64,000 nt of DNA, from positions 42,532,001 through 42,596,000 of the forward strand of contig CM060734.1 in assembly GCA_030704615.1 (NCBI GenBank), written 5' to 3'. Below, piece after piece: positions 23,950-37,029 of this stretch. Every line of letters starts with the position of its first letter. Position 1 is the first letter of the stretch. A program made the translations under genes and the position numbers. The notes under the pieces were generated by a model. It was not told the DNA's origin. It searched no databases and saw only the letters and a program-made list of their open reading frames with translations. This DNA is from Takakia lepidozioides. Its lineage: Eukaryota; Plantae; Bryophyta.

Positions 23950-24339
23950 TTCTAGGACAGCTCTTTCCTCTGCAACCTGTTCGTCACTCATGATCAAGCG
24001 ATGTGGCCTGCACAATTGCATATGATGTTGCCTCTTCCCCAGGTGGCTTGAAATCTGCTGATAAGGACAAGCCGGCGTTCTGGGGCCTTGGCAATTCCTG
24101 CACACACCTTTGCCCAAGCCAATTTAGCTGCTACGGTAAGATCGAAGAAAATCTTCATTAGAGTGGCTGTGGCAGTTGAGTTGGCGCTGTGTAGAGACCA
24201 AGAGCATCTAGCCTTCCAGATGTGCCAGAGAGTAGCACCCCTCAATGTTTCAAAAACTGGGCACTTGAGGGCTGTAGACTTTGCAGTCTTGTCATAGTTC
24301 AGCAGAAGCACCACTTGGTTTGATGGAAGAGGGTCCCAT
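23950..24339 (-). mobile_element. 3' remnant of the L1-type LINE ORF2 (continuation of 37030-40589)
   Basis: FETLRGATLWHIWKARC is the typical W.IW..R segment that follows zf-RVT. It is separated from the rest of the LINE by the CACTA with CAT TSD. Confidence 0.75.
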
Positions 24340-24362
24340 CACTACAACAGATGAGCGTTTTT

Positions 24363-24960
24363 ATGACTTCACATATGACTATTTTTTCAGTCTAAAATGC
24401 GTTCATGACTACATCACTCTGTAGTGAAAAAAACCCTGTCATAGCGACTAGTCTTTAGGACTGCGTTTTGCAAGTCATATCCGTGACTACTTGCGTGGCA
24501 CCTGGAGTCCTGATGCAGAGAGGGTTGCAGTCACAACTATATGACTAATATATGACTACATTGTCTGTTGAGCGCTGCCTACATGGAGAGGCTTCAGCGG
24601 GACACGTGCGCCACTGCGCAAGTGACACGTCATGCATTCGTCAGGGGATCATATGACTATATGTCTGCAAAGTGATGCCTACATGGAGAGGCGACGGATG
24701 GACACGTGCGCCACTGCGAATTTGACATGTCACGACTTCTTGCCATGATCATATGACTACATGTCTGCACAGTGATGCCTACATGGAGAGGCACTAGCGA
24801 GACACGTGTGCTATGGCAGATTTCACACGTGGTGACTACATGACTCGCTCATATGACTACAGGGATGTCTACATGGAGAGTTGTTAGCAGGACACCTGTT
24901 GCACTTGAGATGTGACATGTGGCACACAGACAAAATATATGACTAGCATATATGACTACG
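24363..24960. repeat. CACTA subterminal repeats (ATATGACTAC motif; tandem units of about 90-100 bp containing CTACATGGAGAG)
   Basis: ATATGACT/ATGACTAC recurs many times, with four tandem units. The complementary GTAGTCAT motif recurs at 36720-37010 and 30540-30790. Confidence 0.85.
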
Positions 24961-25515
24961 GATCTTTACACGTGGTGAAAATATGGATAGAAATGTCGTG
25001 TCATATACTGCCACGTGTTCTGGTTTGAGCAAGAGTGATGCCACGTGTCATCAAGATTGTTTTCCGAAATAGTTTATATTTTTAATGTTCATATTTTATT
25101 TTTTAGTTTTCATTTAATATTTAAAAGAACAATGAGATTGCAACCTTGGATTTTTTTTTAATGGTATTATTTTTAATATTATTATTTAAAATGAAAGTGA
25201 ATTAAATGATTTAAAATCTTCATTACATGGTGAAATTCCAACATGAAAACAGAATGGATCCCTCCTGCATACTATCAACCACAAGGAGAATGAAAATAGT
25301 CAACTACAAGGCAATACAAGCCCTATAAATCACATTACAAAAATCCAAATGAGACCAATGTCCCAATGGACACCTCAAAAGCCACAAGGTCAAAAAATCC
25401 ATGCCTCAAAAGGCCCAGCCAAAAACAAGCAAGCCCACACATGGGCTGAATTGTTGTAGCTAGTATGTTCTAGTGCTATTAGAATCAAGAACTCTGTTAA
25501 ACAGTGCAATACTGA

Positions 25516-28500
25516 CTATCCCTTCCGCAGCTCCATAAGTTTCAGTAACTTTAGACTCCAAAGTGTTGTCTGGCCAACCACCTGCCCCAACTCGGTCTGT
25601 TTCCTAACACCATTCACATATGGTAGAGGGGTGTTACTGACACATGCCTCTTTGATGTACACACAGGCATAATCAAGGGGCACAACAGGGTACCCGTAAC
25701 CCACCACAGCACCTTGAAGAGCAACAATCAGCCCTACTCCACATTTCTTGCGTTTGGAGTTCACATCCAACAGCCGAACCTCGTCACCCACCCTGAACTG
25801 TGATCCCAACTCCACACAAAAAAGAACACGATGTGAAACCCATGACATACACACGACTAGGACACTCAACATTTGCGAATTAAAGAGAGCCCCAAGGTTG
25901 GAAAAAATAAAACAAACAAGACAACGGCCTGGACTTACTCCATTTGCAGTCTCCAGTGGTGGTGAGACCTCTTTTGGGGGGCTACTCGCCGGGTCGACAC
26001 TCTTGCCCCTCGTCTGTACCGGCTTGTCGACAATATCACCTTTGTTTGTCACAAGTTCCTGTGTCACAGACCAGAGAACAACCAGGAAAGCAATGAGCAA
26101 ACAAGAATAGTGAATAGAAACAAAATCCAAGTATGAATCAAACAAAAAAAACCAACATGAAAAGCTGCAAAGAAAACCTAGCATTAATCAAGCAACCGAG
26201 GAGAAGCATCCAGGAAAGCAATGCAATGAATGAACCCACAAAATTGTAGCCTCTGGAGCACTGTCAGAATGTTTGTACCTTCACAGTAGCAGTGTTGTAT
26301 GGTTGTTGTCCGAAAACAGGCTGAGACTCCAAAAACTTGGGAATACTGGCAGCTTTCGATGCCTTCCACAAGAAAGGCCACAACACCTCTGTTAGATACT
26401 CATCAGTTGGTGAATCTGGTTGCACCTTCCATGGCTCTGGAAAAATCCCACTGAAGGGAGGATTGTTTGCCGCCTTTCTTGGTGTGTCGTCAACAAGAAC
26501 AGTGTCCTCATAAGTCCATTCTGGCCAGTCTGCCCACACTGTAGACAAGTTCTTGAAATATAATGGCTTTGAATCAGACCCCTTACGGCATGGGAGGACT
26601 GGATCCTCGTCACAGTGAAGGGCATCCCACTGGAAAACCAGGTTAGTGTGGGCTGCAAAAATATAGTCCACCATTGGGAAGAAGTTGCGAGCTTGGCAAC
26701 AAGACCACACCGCCACCTCAAAGTGTTCAAAACACTTTTGCAAAAAGTCATAACAGCGTGGTCTCAAAACTACCATCTTCTTGCCACACATCTTCCCCAC
26801 AAAACCTTTGGGAAGGGATGCAGGCCCATTAGCAGAATGAAAAGATTCACATAACAGACCATTTAAGTCCAGAATTAGTAAATGCTTCCTCGTTGGTCCA
26901 GGAAGTAAACTGACATTTGGCTTCAACATGTGAGCAGGAGAAATTAAAGCAACCTGCTTGTTTGTTTTGTCCCCGTCTGCATCTTCCTCCCCATTTAAAC
27001 TCCCACATACCTGCATACCAGAATCCGGTGTGCCCGGCGGCTCTGTCACCATTGCCCCCTGGACTGCTACTGCCTTTGTACGTGGCAAGGGCTGAATTTC
27101 CACGTGTACCTCACAGCTGGCCTTCCCTGTATCCTGCTGCTGCTCGGTCAAATTCAAAAGATCATCAGTGACAGGAAGACATAAGGGCTTAGAGTGAGCA
27201 CCAGTTACCGTCTGAAATTGGGATTCCAAACATTTTGATACTGTCACAGCAGACGTATCCATCGTAGATGTCACTGGTCCTGCGCCTGGTAGATTAATCC
27301 CCAATCTGGTCACAATGGCTTTCTGGTACTCAATCATACTCTGCATCTGTAATTTTAATTCTGCCATGTCACGTCCTTGTGATTCCACCAGTTTGTCCAA
27401 GCCATCCATCCTGCCAACTACTGTAGAATATGCGAGACTTCCCTCCTGCCAATCCATGAAAACTTGCCCAAGTATGAATCAAACCAAAAAAACCTAGCAT
27501 GAACAACCATTGGAAAGAAAACCCAGGCCAAAAGCCGTGAAAAAAACCCTAGCAACCTATGATGCAGCAACCACTCTAGCAAACGTGGAAAACACACTTA
27601 CCCGCCTGTCACTCCCAGCTGACAACCGTGACACTGAACCCTCTTGAATTTCATATAATGTAGGAGGGCACCCTGATAGTGTTTCCTACAAATTAATCCA
27701 TGCCACAAACAAACCCATGCCACAAGTCAGTAAGCAATGTGAGGGCTGACTATATACACATAGCAATTCAATGAGGAACAAAATACAGAGTCGTGATGAT
27801 GCCACTTACCAAGCGTGCTTCCACCATTGCCTTCCCACCACGGCCAGTCTTGGTAGGATTCAGAATTGCACCATTTGCCTTCTTCATGTTGCCCGACACT
27901 TTGTGGAACACCTCTGTCTGCCAGTAACTTACAAGCTTGTTCCATACCTCGTCAGATACAGTAATGGGTTTCCCCTTACCACCCAACCACGCAGTGTGTG
28001 CTTCATAACGCTGGCTCTTCATTATTCTGCCAATTGTTTGTTTTAGGTGGAAGTCTTTTAACTTGTGTGGCGTATATGAAAATAGCTTAGCCAGGTGATC
28101 TCTGATTTCGTATACAACTTCATCAGGTTGGTTGTTGATGGCAAGGGAACAATCTAGCTTGCGATAAGCCTGTCCTTTAAGGGCAGCGTGCCATACATTC
28201 CGGGTCTGACCATACGGGGCTCCTTTGAGGTTCGTCAAAATCACCGTGGGAGGAAGACCTGCAGCTATTCTCTCTTCCTTCACCTTGGCAGCTTCAATTT
28301 TGGCTGAGCTATTAGCCCTCCTTAAAGCATTGGTTCTATCATTCTTTGAAACGGCACCCTCCCCTCCTTCAGAGACCTCCGTGCGCTCAGGAGAATTCAA
28401 AGCAGGATCCTGCCAAGTAGGGACTGGTGGCCATGGCTGTTGGCCAGAAGGCCGAGGACCATACTGGCCATACTGTCCATAAGCAGGAGGATATTCCGGT

Positions 28501-29640
28501 GGCCTGCCACCCCCATAGCTATTAGGGGGTGGCAAATATGGTGGAGGAGGATACTGGCCATACTGCCCATATGGAGGAGCACCATATTGACCCTGACCAT
28601 ACTGAGTGCCAGACTGTGGGTACTGAGGCATACCATAATAAGGTGGGGGTACTGGTGGCACAGAACCCACAACGATGGGAGAGTTAGGGCCACCTCCTGC
28701 GTTCTTGTGGGCGCCATCTCCATTGCTAGCAGCAGGGATCGTGGATCCAGTGCGCTTGTGCTTGCCCTGAAAAGAAATTCCCCCAGTACAATGTGGGTGA
28801 TTACACATACATATAGGCAGCAAGCAGCAAATCCTTGAATTCAATATAACAAACTGGAAGCACATATCATTTGTAAAGACAAGATTACCCAAAACTCAGT
28901 ATGATCTTGGGCAGTAAATCTCCCAAATTTGATTGGCCCCAATGATGTCCTCCCAGTACATTTTTGAGCCCTCTTAGGTATGGGGTGTTCCTGAAATCCA
29001 TAGCAAGAATTCAAATGGACAAACCTGATGGGTCCATGAGAAGTATCCCTCCAAGTTTTACTGATATTCTGGGTGCATAAGTAACCCAAGTATCTCTATA
29101 AGTAGCCATTGTAGCTTAGTACCAGGACGTTGGTTTCATGGGGCAAAGAATTTGAACACACCTGAAGTCTACATTGGCCTGACATCATGCCTTTGGCACT
29201 TCAACTTGTCTAGTGGAAATCATTTGTGATTGTGCCTTGGCTGACCCCTGCATTGTCCAACTTCCCTGTCTTGACAGACATACCCTATCTCTTCATGATC
29301 TTACCATACCCTATCTCTTCGTGATTTTACCAAAAACATACATAATTTGAATCATGGTCATTGTGAAGAACTATAACTCACAGACGGAGAAGGTGTTCGT
29401 AGTGTAGATGATGGGCGTTTTTGTCCTGCGACATGAGCATGGGCATGTTCTCCTCGGCTTGCCGTGGCATCCGCCGACGACGCACTCGCCTCGCACTGGC
29501 GTGGGAGGAGTGGATCGTCCTCATCGTCCTCAGAAGAGCCCTCATGCAGAATCGTAGTCTTCATCGTCTTCAGTCTGGCACTTTGCCTTGCAGGACCTTG
29601 ATCCCTAGCTTTTTCCTTCGGAGCGCGTGGCTTGCGAGGG
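25516..29640 (-). CDS. CACTA TnpA/Ptta-like multi-exon gene containing an FCP1/NIF-like HAD domain
   Basis: Ptta-like VSDEVWNKLVSYWQTEVFHKVS..MKKAN...TGRGGKA (exon 27810-28770). NIF/FCP1-like KHLLILDLNGLL...VVLRP...FEVAVWS...KPLYFKNLSTVW...TVLVDDTPRKAANNP (26280-26890). C-terminal FRVGDEVRLLDV...QTTLWS domain. Linked by GT-AG junctions; the start exon is uncertain. Confidence 0.7.
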
Positions 29641-30237
29641 CGATTCGCTCCCGCAAGCCTGCACAAACACCTCCATGACCTCCCTCTCAAACAATCACAA
29701 ACAAATGCAAGCATACATACCCTAATACTCTTAAGCCTACGCTGAACCACAGCCGCACCCTACCAGGACGTAATGGCTGCCCACGAATGACGGCGGACAT
29801 CTCCCGCCTAATGACACACCCTCCTCAAACCTAATCGTCACTCACTGCATGTTGTTTGCCTCTCTGTTTGTACAAGTCGCAGCTACTCGCCCCCATTTGT
29901 GCTATGAAGCTTATGATCGCTGTAGGAAGGTTAGAGGATAAGGCGAATCGCAAGTTTAGTGGGTGGGTATCCAAAGTCAGGAACTAAACTCACCCATCTA
30001 TCGACTGCTTGAACGTTGCTTCCACCTCCTTTATGGCAGCAATCCGGCGCTCTCGGAACTTCTCGTACTCAGTGAGAGGGACTGTCACTTCGAAGACCTT
30101 CCGCTTCACCATGGACACTCAGAAACGATACTTATAGTATACTATAGATATAGAAATAGCACATTGGCAGCTGGTGCAAAACTAGAGACAATGCACTGTG
30201 CGTAGCATGCAAAGAGGGAAGGGGTGACGTTCAAAGC

Positions 30238-33200
30238 ATGTACAGTGCAGGTGGCGAACGGATGCGTAGGCGTAGAATAGATGACCGTCTATGGCGAATG
30301 GAAGAAGCTTATGCCACAAGGAATGGGCATACAAAAATGCTATGCAACTGCGATGAGTGTCATGGAGGAAAAGTACTGTTGTTGGAAACAGTGAGGAATC
30401 ATTACATGATACACGGGAGGGATCCTCTTCTCCAACGCTGTTCTCTTCCGGTAAGATCGTCACTTTCCCTTCAGCACTTTAGTTTGAATTTTGAATGCAA
30501 CGATCCTCTTCTCCACATGTCGACATTTCGTTGGGTGATTGTAGTCAAGAAGTCATAAGATACAGACGTGACTATGACTACGCCACTTCCGTTATCACTT
30601 TAATTAATGCACATGTCGTGTTTTCATTGGTCATGTGTAGTCATGTAGTCATATATGACTAAGTAAGTGACTGCAACTATGACTTCAATGGTTACAAATG
30701 TCGTGTTTTGATTGGGTGTATATTCATAAGATACATACGTAAATATGACTGCATCACTGCAACGTCACCGTGCCTCCTATGTCATAATATGAACAAGTGT
30801 CACATCGTTGTTGGTCCACTCACAAGATGACTATTGGGATGCAGGGATGTGAATATTCAGATGATGAAGACGAAGGCCCTGCGGCACAGCGGGAGCCCAA
30901 TGTCACAGAGAACGCAGATGAGAGTGGTGGATTGGAGGTAGAAATGCAGCGTGCATTGCAGGAAGCGTTTCTCTTTGCAGATGCAAACAGAGAGGACCCC
31001 ATTCATGGTGGAACCGATCACACATTTGCCGATCATGACGATGATCTCGACGATTCCGGAGACAATGAATTTGATGAGAATGCTCACCTGCACGTTGATC
31101 CCGAGTATGATAAACTCTTCCGACAGTCGCAATGTCCACTTTTTGAAGGGTGCTCCATCAGCCGGCTGCAAGCAACTTTGACGTTGCTGAACGCATGCAC
31201 TACCCACAAGTGCACCAATGCATTTGTGGATGAGCTTCTGGGATTGTTGCGTAAGAGTTTTTTGCCTAAAGAGAATTCATTGCCGAAAACTCACTATGAA
31301 GCAAAAACCATGATTGCCAAGATGGGATTGCAGTACACGATGATTCATGCCTGTGAGCGTGGTTGTGTACTCTTCCGTGGGGAGTATGAGAATGTAGACA
31401 TTTGCCCAGTGTGCCGCAGTTCCCGTTACATTCCAGGTCGTGGAAGTGTGCCCAAGAAAGTATTGCGACACTTCCCTGTCATTCCAAGGTTGAAACGTAT
31501 GTACCGATGTAAATCGATCGCTAACCTCATGACATGGCACGACAGACATAAGAGCCAGGATGGGTTGGTTCGACATCCAGCTGATAGCAAAGCATGGAGA
31601 CACATTGACACCACATTTGCGGATTTTGCTGCAGAGCCACGATCTCTGCGATTTGGATTGGCCTTAGACGGTGTAAATCCCTACGGAGCTCAATCCACAA
31701 GTTGGAGCACATGGCCCGTTCTCTTGGTCAATTACAATCTGCCTCCGTGGTTAATGACCAAAAAGTTCTTTGTCATGTTAGCGCTACTGATTCCTGGTAA
31801 GGAGTCTGTTACCTCGGACAACGTAGATGTTTACCTGATGCCCCTAGTGGAAGAGCTACTGGAACTATGGAGAGGGATTGCAGCTCATGATGTTTCCCGT
31901 CCTCGTGGTCAACGCGAATTCACACTGAGGGCAGTGTTGATGTGGTCAATCCATGACTACCCTGCATATGGCTTGCTCTCAGGTCAAGTGACGAAAGGTT
32001 ATGCTGGTTGTCCAGCTTGTGGACCCGGGGTGACTTCACAGCAGTTACACACATGTGGAAAAATTGTTTTCCTAGGCCACCGAAGATTTTTGGCCCGCAA
32101 TCATCCATATAGAAGGTCAAGAATGTTCAATGGCGCTACTGAGCATGGAACTCCTCCAAAAACGCAGACTGGAACACAAATCAAGGACCTTGCAACAGCT
32201 CGCACTGCATGGGTGGAAAACGGAGGGACGCCAGATAGCAGGACAGACCCAGCAAAAACTCATGGAGTTAAGCGATTGTCAATTTTATATGTCTTACCTT
32301 ATTGGGAGGTAATTCCTTCATGGCCTTTAAATTGGCTGTGTACATTTTTGCGTTTTCTGTTTAAATTGTGATGAGTAAATGCTCAATTGCTTATGTGTTC
32401 ATTTTGTAGGGTCTCCTCATCCGCCACACGTTTGACGCAATGCATTGCGAGAAGAACTTGGCTGAAAATATTATTAAAACTATCTTTGGTGAGAAAGACA
32501 CATTGAAAGTTCGCCGTGATTTGGAGCTACTTGGGATGCGCCCGGAATTGTGGCTACAACGTGATCCTGACAGAGCAGATACGTTAATTATGCCTCCTGC
32601 CCCTTATGTCCTCACTGAGGCTGAGTTACAAGTCTTTCTGGAGATTGTGCAGAACTTGAAAGTGCCAACAGGCTACGCATCAGCTTTCAAAAAGCATGTG
32701 GTGAAGAAGAAGTTGTCTGGCATGAAATCACATGACTATCATGTGCTCATGCAGCAAATTATACCGCTTGCTATCCGTGGGCTCATGCCAAGTGGTCCTC
32801 GAAGGGCCATTTTGCGAGTATGTCGTGTATTTAAGAAGTTGTGTGCAAAAGTGGTGAATCCTGTAGAGTATGAGGAATTGAGAACTGAAGCAGTTCTCAC
32901 TCTGTGTCTTATAGAGAAGGAGTTCCCACCATCATTTTTTGATGTGATGACACATCTGGTTGTTCACCTAGTGGATGAGTTGTACTTATGCGGGCCCGTA
33001 GCATCTCGTTGGATGTACCCCATGGAGCGGGCAATGAAAGATATGAAGGGCTACGTAAGAAACATGGCAAGGCCCGAGGGGAGCATGGCAGAAGGATACC
33101 AATTTGAAGAAGCATTGGGTTTTTGCACAGAGTATATGGCAGGATTTGATGGAAGTGTACGAAGGGTGTGGGATGCAGATGAGGCAGAATCTGTGGAACG

Positions 33201-34383
33201 TGAAGTTGTGGAAGGAAGTTCTAAAGCCCGAAAATTGAATGACCTGTGTGATATTGTACATGAGTACATCATTCAGAACCATCCTCGTCTATCAGTCATG
33301 TTGGGGTAAGAAATCTACTTCATTGACATTCAGATTTCCAAGTTTTAGTCATTTATCATTAGTTGGCATATGGCGTCTTTTCAAATCTCCCACGCCACCT
33401 CTGTCAATCTCCTGGCTGACCCTCGGATTGTGACAGGATATATGAAGCAGAGTCCACACGGATAGAAGCCAGACGACGCTTGTTTCGTGAGGAGCAAGGG
33501 CTGGAAGGCATGAGCAATCCCACGGCAATTCAGTACCCTCCTGATTTGCATCCTTGTCCTCCATTTGCTGTTTGGCTCCCTCAAGGTGTACGGGATCATC
33601 TCTCAATTCAATCAGATGGGCTTGATCCTACAACACGTGAGGAATTACTGGATCTTTCAAGGCCTCCATCATTTACTGCCCTGTCATTCAAGAGTATGAC
33701 AGCGTATGGTAACCATTACAGGGTTACATCCCCCGGCATGAACACAACAAGTATGGTGTCTTTTGATTGTGGAGTCTCATCTGTTTTCCAGCACCAGCCC
33801 ATTACCAACAATTCAGGCAATGACATGGAGGAACCTACAAGATATGTGGGTCTTATAAGGGAGATTTTGCAAATTGACTATGGCCAAACACAGCCTATAG
33901 TGTTCGTGGGTACGGGCGAGTCGCGTGGGTCGTCAACCTATGTCAATGAAGCAGGATGATGCTGGCTTCACACTTGTCAATTTTAACCGTATGCTTCCAC
34001 CTTCTGAGCAACCTTTTGTGTTTCCTGGCCAGGTTGATCAAGTGTTTTTTTCTGATTGTGTGAAGGAGCCGGGGTGGAAAGTCGTCCTGGAGAAGAGCCT
34101 CCGAGCACGTAGAGTGGTCTGCGACATATCAATTGATAATGATGATGTGGCGGAAGTGGAAGGATTGTTAGCCCCACAAAGACTAGAGGAGACTCTGGTT
34201 ACTGATGGCCCAACATGCAGCCGAGCGGTACTGGTTACTCCAGAGCAGGTGGCCTCCTTGTACCTCCGAGCACCCCGTATACGTGGTGATGATGTTCAGC
34301 CAACCCTTGGACAAGATCAAGTCTGTGATGAAGACAGTGATACATGTAGTGACCCAGACATAGATGAGGATGATGAAGATTAG
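30238..34383 (+). CDS. CACTA TnpD-like transposase (Transposase_21/DUF4218-type), 4 exons, frameshift near the 3' end
   Basis: Exons ~30238-30450 (CNCDEC..VRNHYMIHG), 30845-32308 (IHACERGCVLF, HPADSKAW, GLALDGVNP, STWPV, NLPP, IHDYPAYG), 32410-~33305 (DAMHCEKN, MKSHDYH, FPPSFFDVMTHL, RWMYPMER, PEGSMAEGY) and ~33437-34383. Frameshift at ~33920-33950. Confidence 0.92.
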
Positions 34384-34439
34384 ATATGCGCGATTTGTGC
34401 ACTCCAGTTATAGACCATGCATGATAGTTTAAGGTGGTA

Positions 34440-35330
34440 ACACTCCCTTCGCATTCCCATTAAGATATCATGCTTGGACACTGGATTTTATGATCAATTA
34501 TGGAGTGTTTTCCTTTCAGCACCCTTTATTCATTTGTTGTTGCAATTGGCTTTGGACCAACCCGTGCTGATACCATTGCCATGGGTTCTGCCTGCAATGT
34601 TTTCTTGCCATGGATTCGGCACACGCCACGAAAGGCCATCCAGACCATCCTCTGGAAATGCTCCAATGTTGTTTCAAACATCTCCACATTGCAATACAAC
34701 ACTGGATACAACACTGACATTAGATGAGTGAAAGTGAGACTAGACCTCCAGCCAGCCGGCTTTCCCACATCAAATTGAAGGGGATCTGTAGATTATAGAT
34801 AACGGCTGTTGCCTTCTCAATGTCTTTTCCAATCACCTCTGCAATGAACTGGGGTATAAGATCCTTCAAATCACAAGTTTGAGCATCACGCACAAGCCAC
34901 TTACGGGGATAGAGTTTCCAATGCGAACCATTGGTCTTTTATTGATAGCATTGTTGTAAAATACATGGACCAACATGGTCAATTTCGGGAATGACATATA
35001 GTACGCTTTCATGTACTATGTAAGCATGCAACTATGTACCAGTGACGTGGCTTGTTCGCCACTTAACCTGTTTGCCCATTCAGCCAGCTCCACATTGTCA
35101 TGGATTTTGCATGCTGGATTGTGAGGCCATCCACACCGTCCTCTGGAAATGCTATCATGGGGTTTCAACTATGTCCACATTTCCCTGGATTATGCCTGCA
35201 CGAAGCAAGGCCAACTGCATTCAGCACCCTCCACTTTATTATAGTATTGCAGCAACATTCAAAGCACTTCAATTTGTATCCATCGAAAACATCTAGGCTG
35301 GAAAAAGACATTGTTGCAGCAGAACTTAGG
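34440..35330 (-). pseudogene. Degenerate PPR E-domain-like fragments in the CACTA right arm
   Basis: VWMAFRGVCRIHG (~34600-34650) and a similar VWMA..ACKIHDNVELA-like stretch at ~35085-35140. Confidence 0.5.
34787..34890 (-). pseudogene. RPS3a: Captured fragment of ribosomal protein eS1/RPS3a
   Basis: The minus strand reads DAQTCDLKDLIPQFIAEVIGKDIEKATAVIYNLQ, matching the conserved RPS3a C-terminal CDLKELV.KFIPE.IG.EIEKAT..IYPLQ. Confidence 0.8.
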
Positions 35331-35497
35331 AAAGTACTTCTCCCCTTCCACTACACACGTGAAATGAAAGAAGCCAACCAACAGCATACCAGCCAAGAAA
35401 ATATGAAACCAGCCAAGAAAAGAGCCAATATATGCAGTGAAGGTCGACACTAAATGAAACTTATCCAACACTTACATTAGAGGAGGGAAGCTAAGTC

Positions 35498-35609
35498 TTA
35501 CCTCCATAAGCTTGCCCACATCAAATTTGGGAGCTTTCAGAATTTTTCCTTTCCGGTTGAATGAACTTGGCTACAAGATCCTTCAAATCACAAGTTTGAG
35601 CTTCACACA
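35498..35609 (-). pseudogene. RPS3a: Second captured RPS3a fragment (internally deleted, retains an intron donor)
   Basis: EAQTCDLKDLVAKFI..., then in a shifted frame KILKAPKFDVGKLME followed by GTAAG. Confidence 0.8.
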
Positions 35610-37029
35610 CAATGTACTTGCAGGGATTGAGCTTCCAATGCGAACCAGGAGTCTTATATTGATAGCATTGTTGTAAAACACATGGACCAACAATGACAGT
35701 CTCTGGAATGACATATAGTACAGTAATGACATATAGTACAACATGCCGCTTCCAGTTGACCATCTACCCATGTAGGTTTCTTGTACCTATCCTTCCACAG
35801 GGAATCATAGGTAATGTGGAGCTTGAAATCCAGCCCTCTTGGATGAATCTGGACCCACACTCTATCCCTGCTCCTTCAGCTATCCATGCCTCTGACAGCC
35901 TACAATTCTACCAGCAAACACCCCGACCATACTGGTGTGGAGTTCTTCCCCAAAACACCCCAACCCTACTTATCACAATCTGAAATGCATCTGCTTCTCT
36001 CCGTAGTCCAACAGGCATTCGCCTTTTTGTCTCCATTGTCCCACCATTGGGGTCGGAAAGTGTTCACCCCAAAGCTTCTCCTCACCTCTATTATATGTTT
36101 TTGGATACTTCCCTACTGCCACACTGGCAGTAACTTGCCAAAGTCACTCCAAACCACCACAGATCTACCCAACGACCTAACTTACAGAATTCAATATGCA
36201 TCTTGCGGCCGAGTCTGATGAGAGGGCAACACAGGCTGAAATAGGTTGAAGAAGAAGGTGCCCTACCACATTGTCCTTGACCTGTCCTGACCCATGGAGG
36301 ATTTGACCGATGACCTCTTGTGTGTGCTGCTTGTGTCTGTAGTCAGGTAATGTCGGATTGGTCTGTCAGATCGAACCACTACTGCGTAGATGAGTAGTCA
36401 GAGATTGAAACACGCTTGCTAAGACCAAGCTGACTCTCCCAAGAATGGCGAGCTCGCTTCTCCTCGTCTCGTCTCCTCCTCCTCTTCTCCTTCGTGCATC
36501 ATTTGCTCAACGCCTCCATCCCACGCCCCTGCATATCCTGCTATCATCGCGTTCCATCCCTCAGTTGTGTGGTGTGGCGCAGGAGACAAAAAGACGCCAA
36601 GTCCCAGCCCTCCTTTCTGTTCACGATTACACTAATGGGCAACCTTATTAGCAAATTTTTTAACTTTTTTAAACCTAATGGGCAACCTTATTTGCATTAT
36701 ATGTGCCTTCAAAATGAGACGTGTAGTGATGTAGTCGTATAAATAGAGCTCTGAAACCATCTTCAGTCATGGATTCATAAGATTCCATGAAACGTCGTCC
36801 ACGTGTAGTCAAACATATCATACTAGTCATATAAACCATCCCTGTCATCATGGTCAACAATGTTTGACCAATGCTCCCTAACTTTCCGGAGTCATGTAGT
36901 GATATCCATTACTACAAAGTCATAAAACTAAAACTGTAATGCATTTCAGCGCTCTGTAGTCATGTACCTAGTGCAATTTTTATGACTCCGCCAAAGCCGT
37001 AGTCCTAAAAACGCTCATCTCTTGTAGTG

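Larger units (their letters stand above)
24340..37029. mobile_element. Complete CACTA/En-Spm DNA transposon (12.7 kb)
   Basis: Left TIR CACTACAACAGATGAGCGTTTTTATGACT at 24340. Right TIR (reverse complement CACTACAAGAGATGAGCGTTTTTAGGACT) ends at 37029, matching 27/29. The 3-bp TSD CAT is at 24337-24339 and 37030-37032. Confidence 0.97.
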
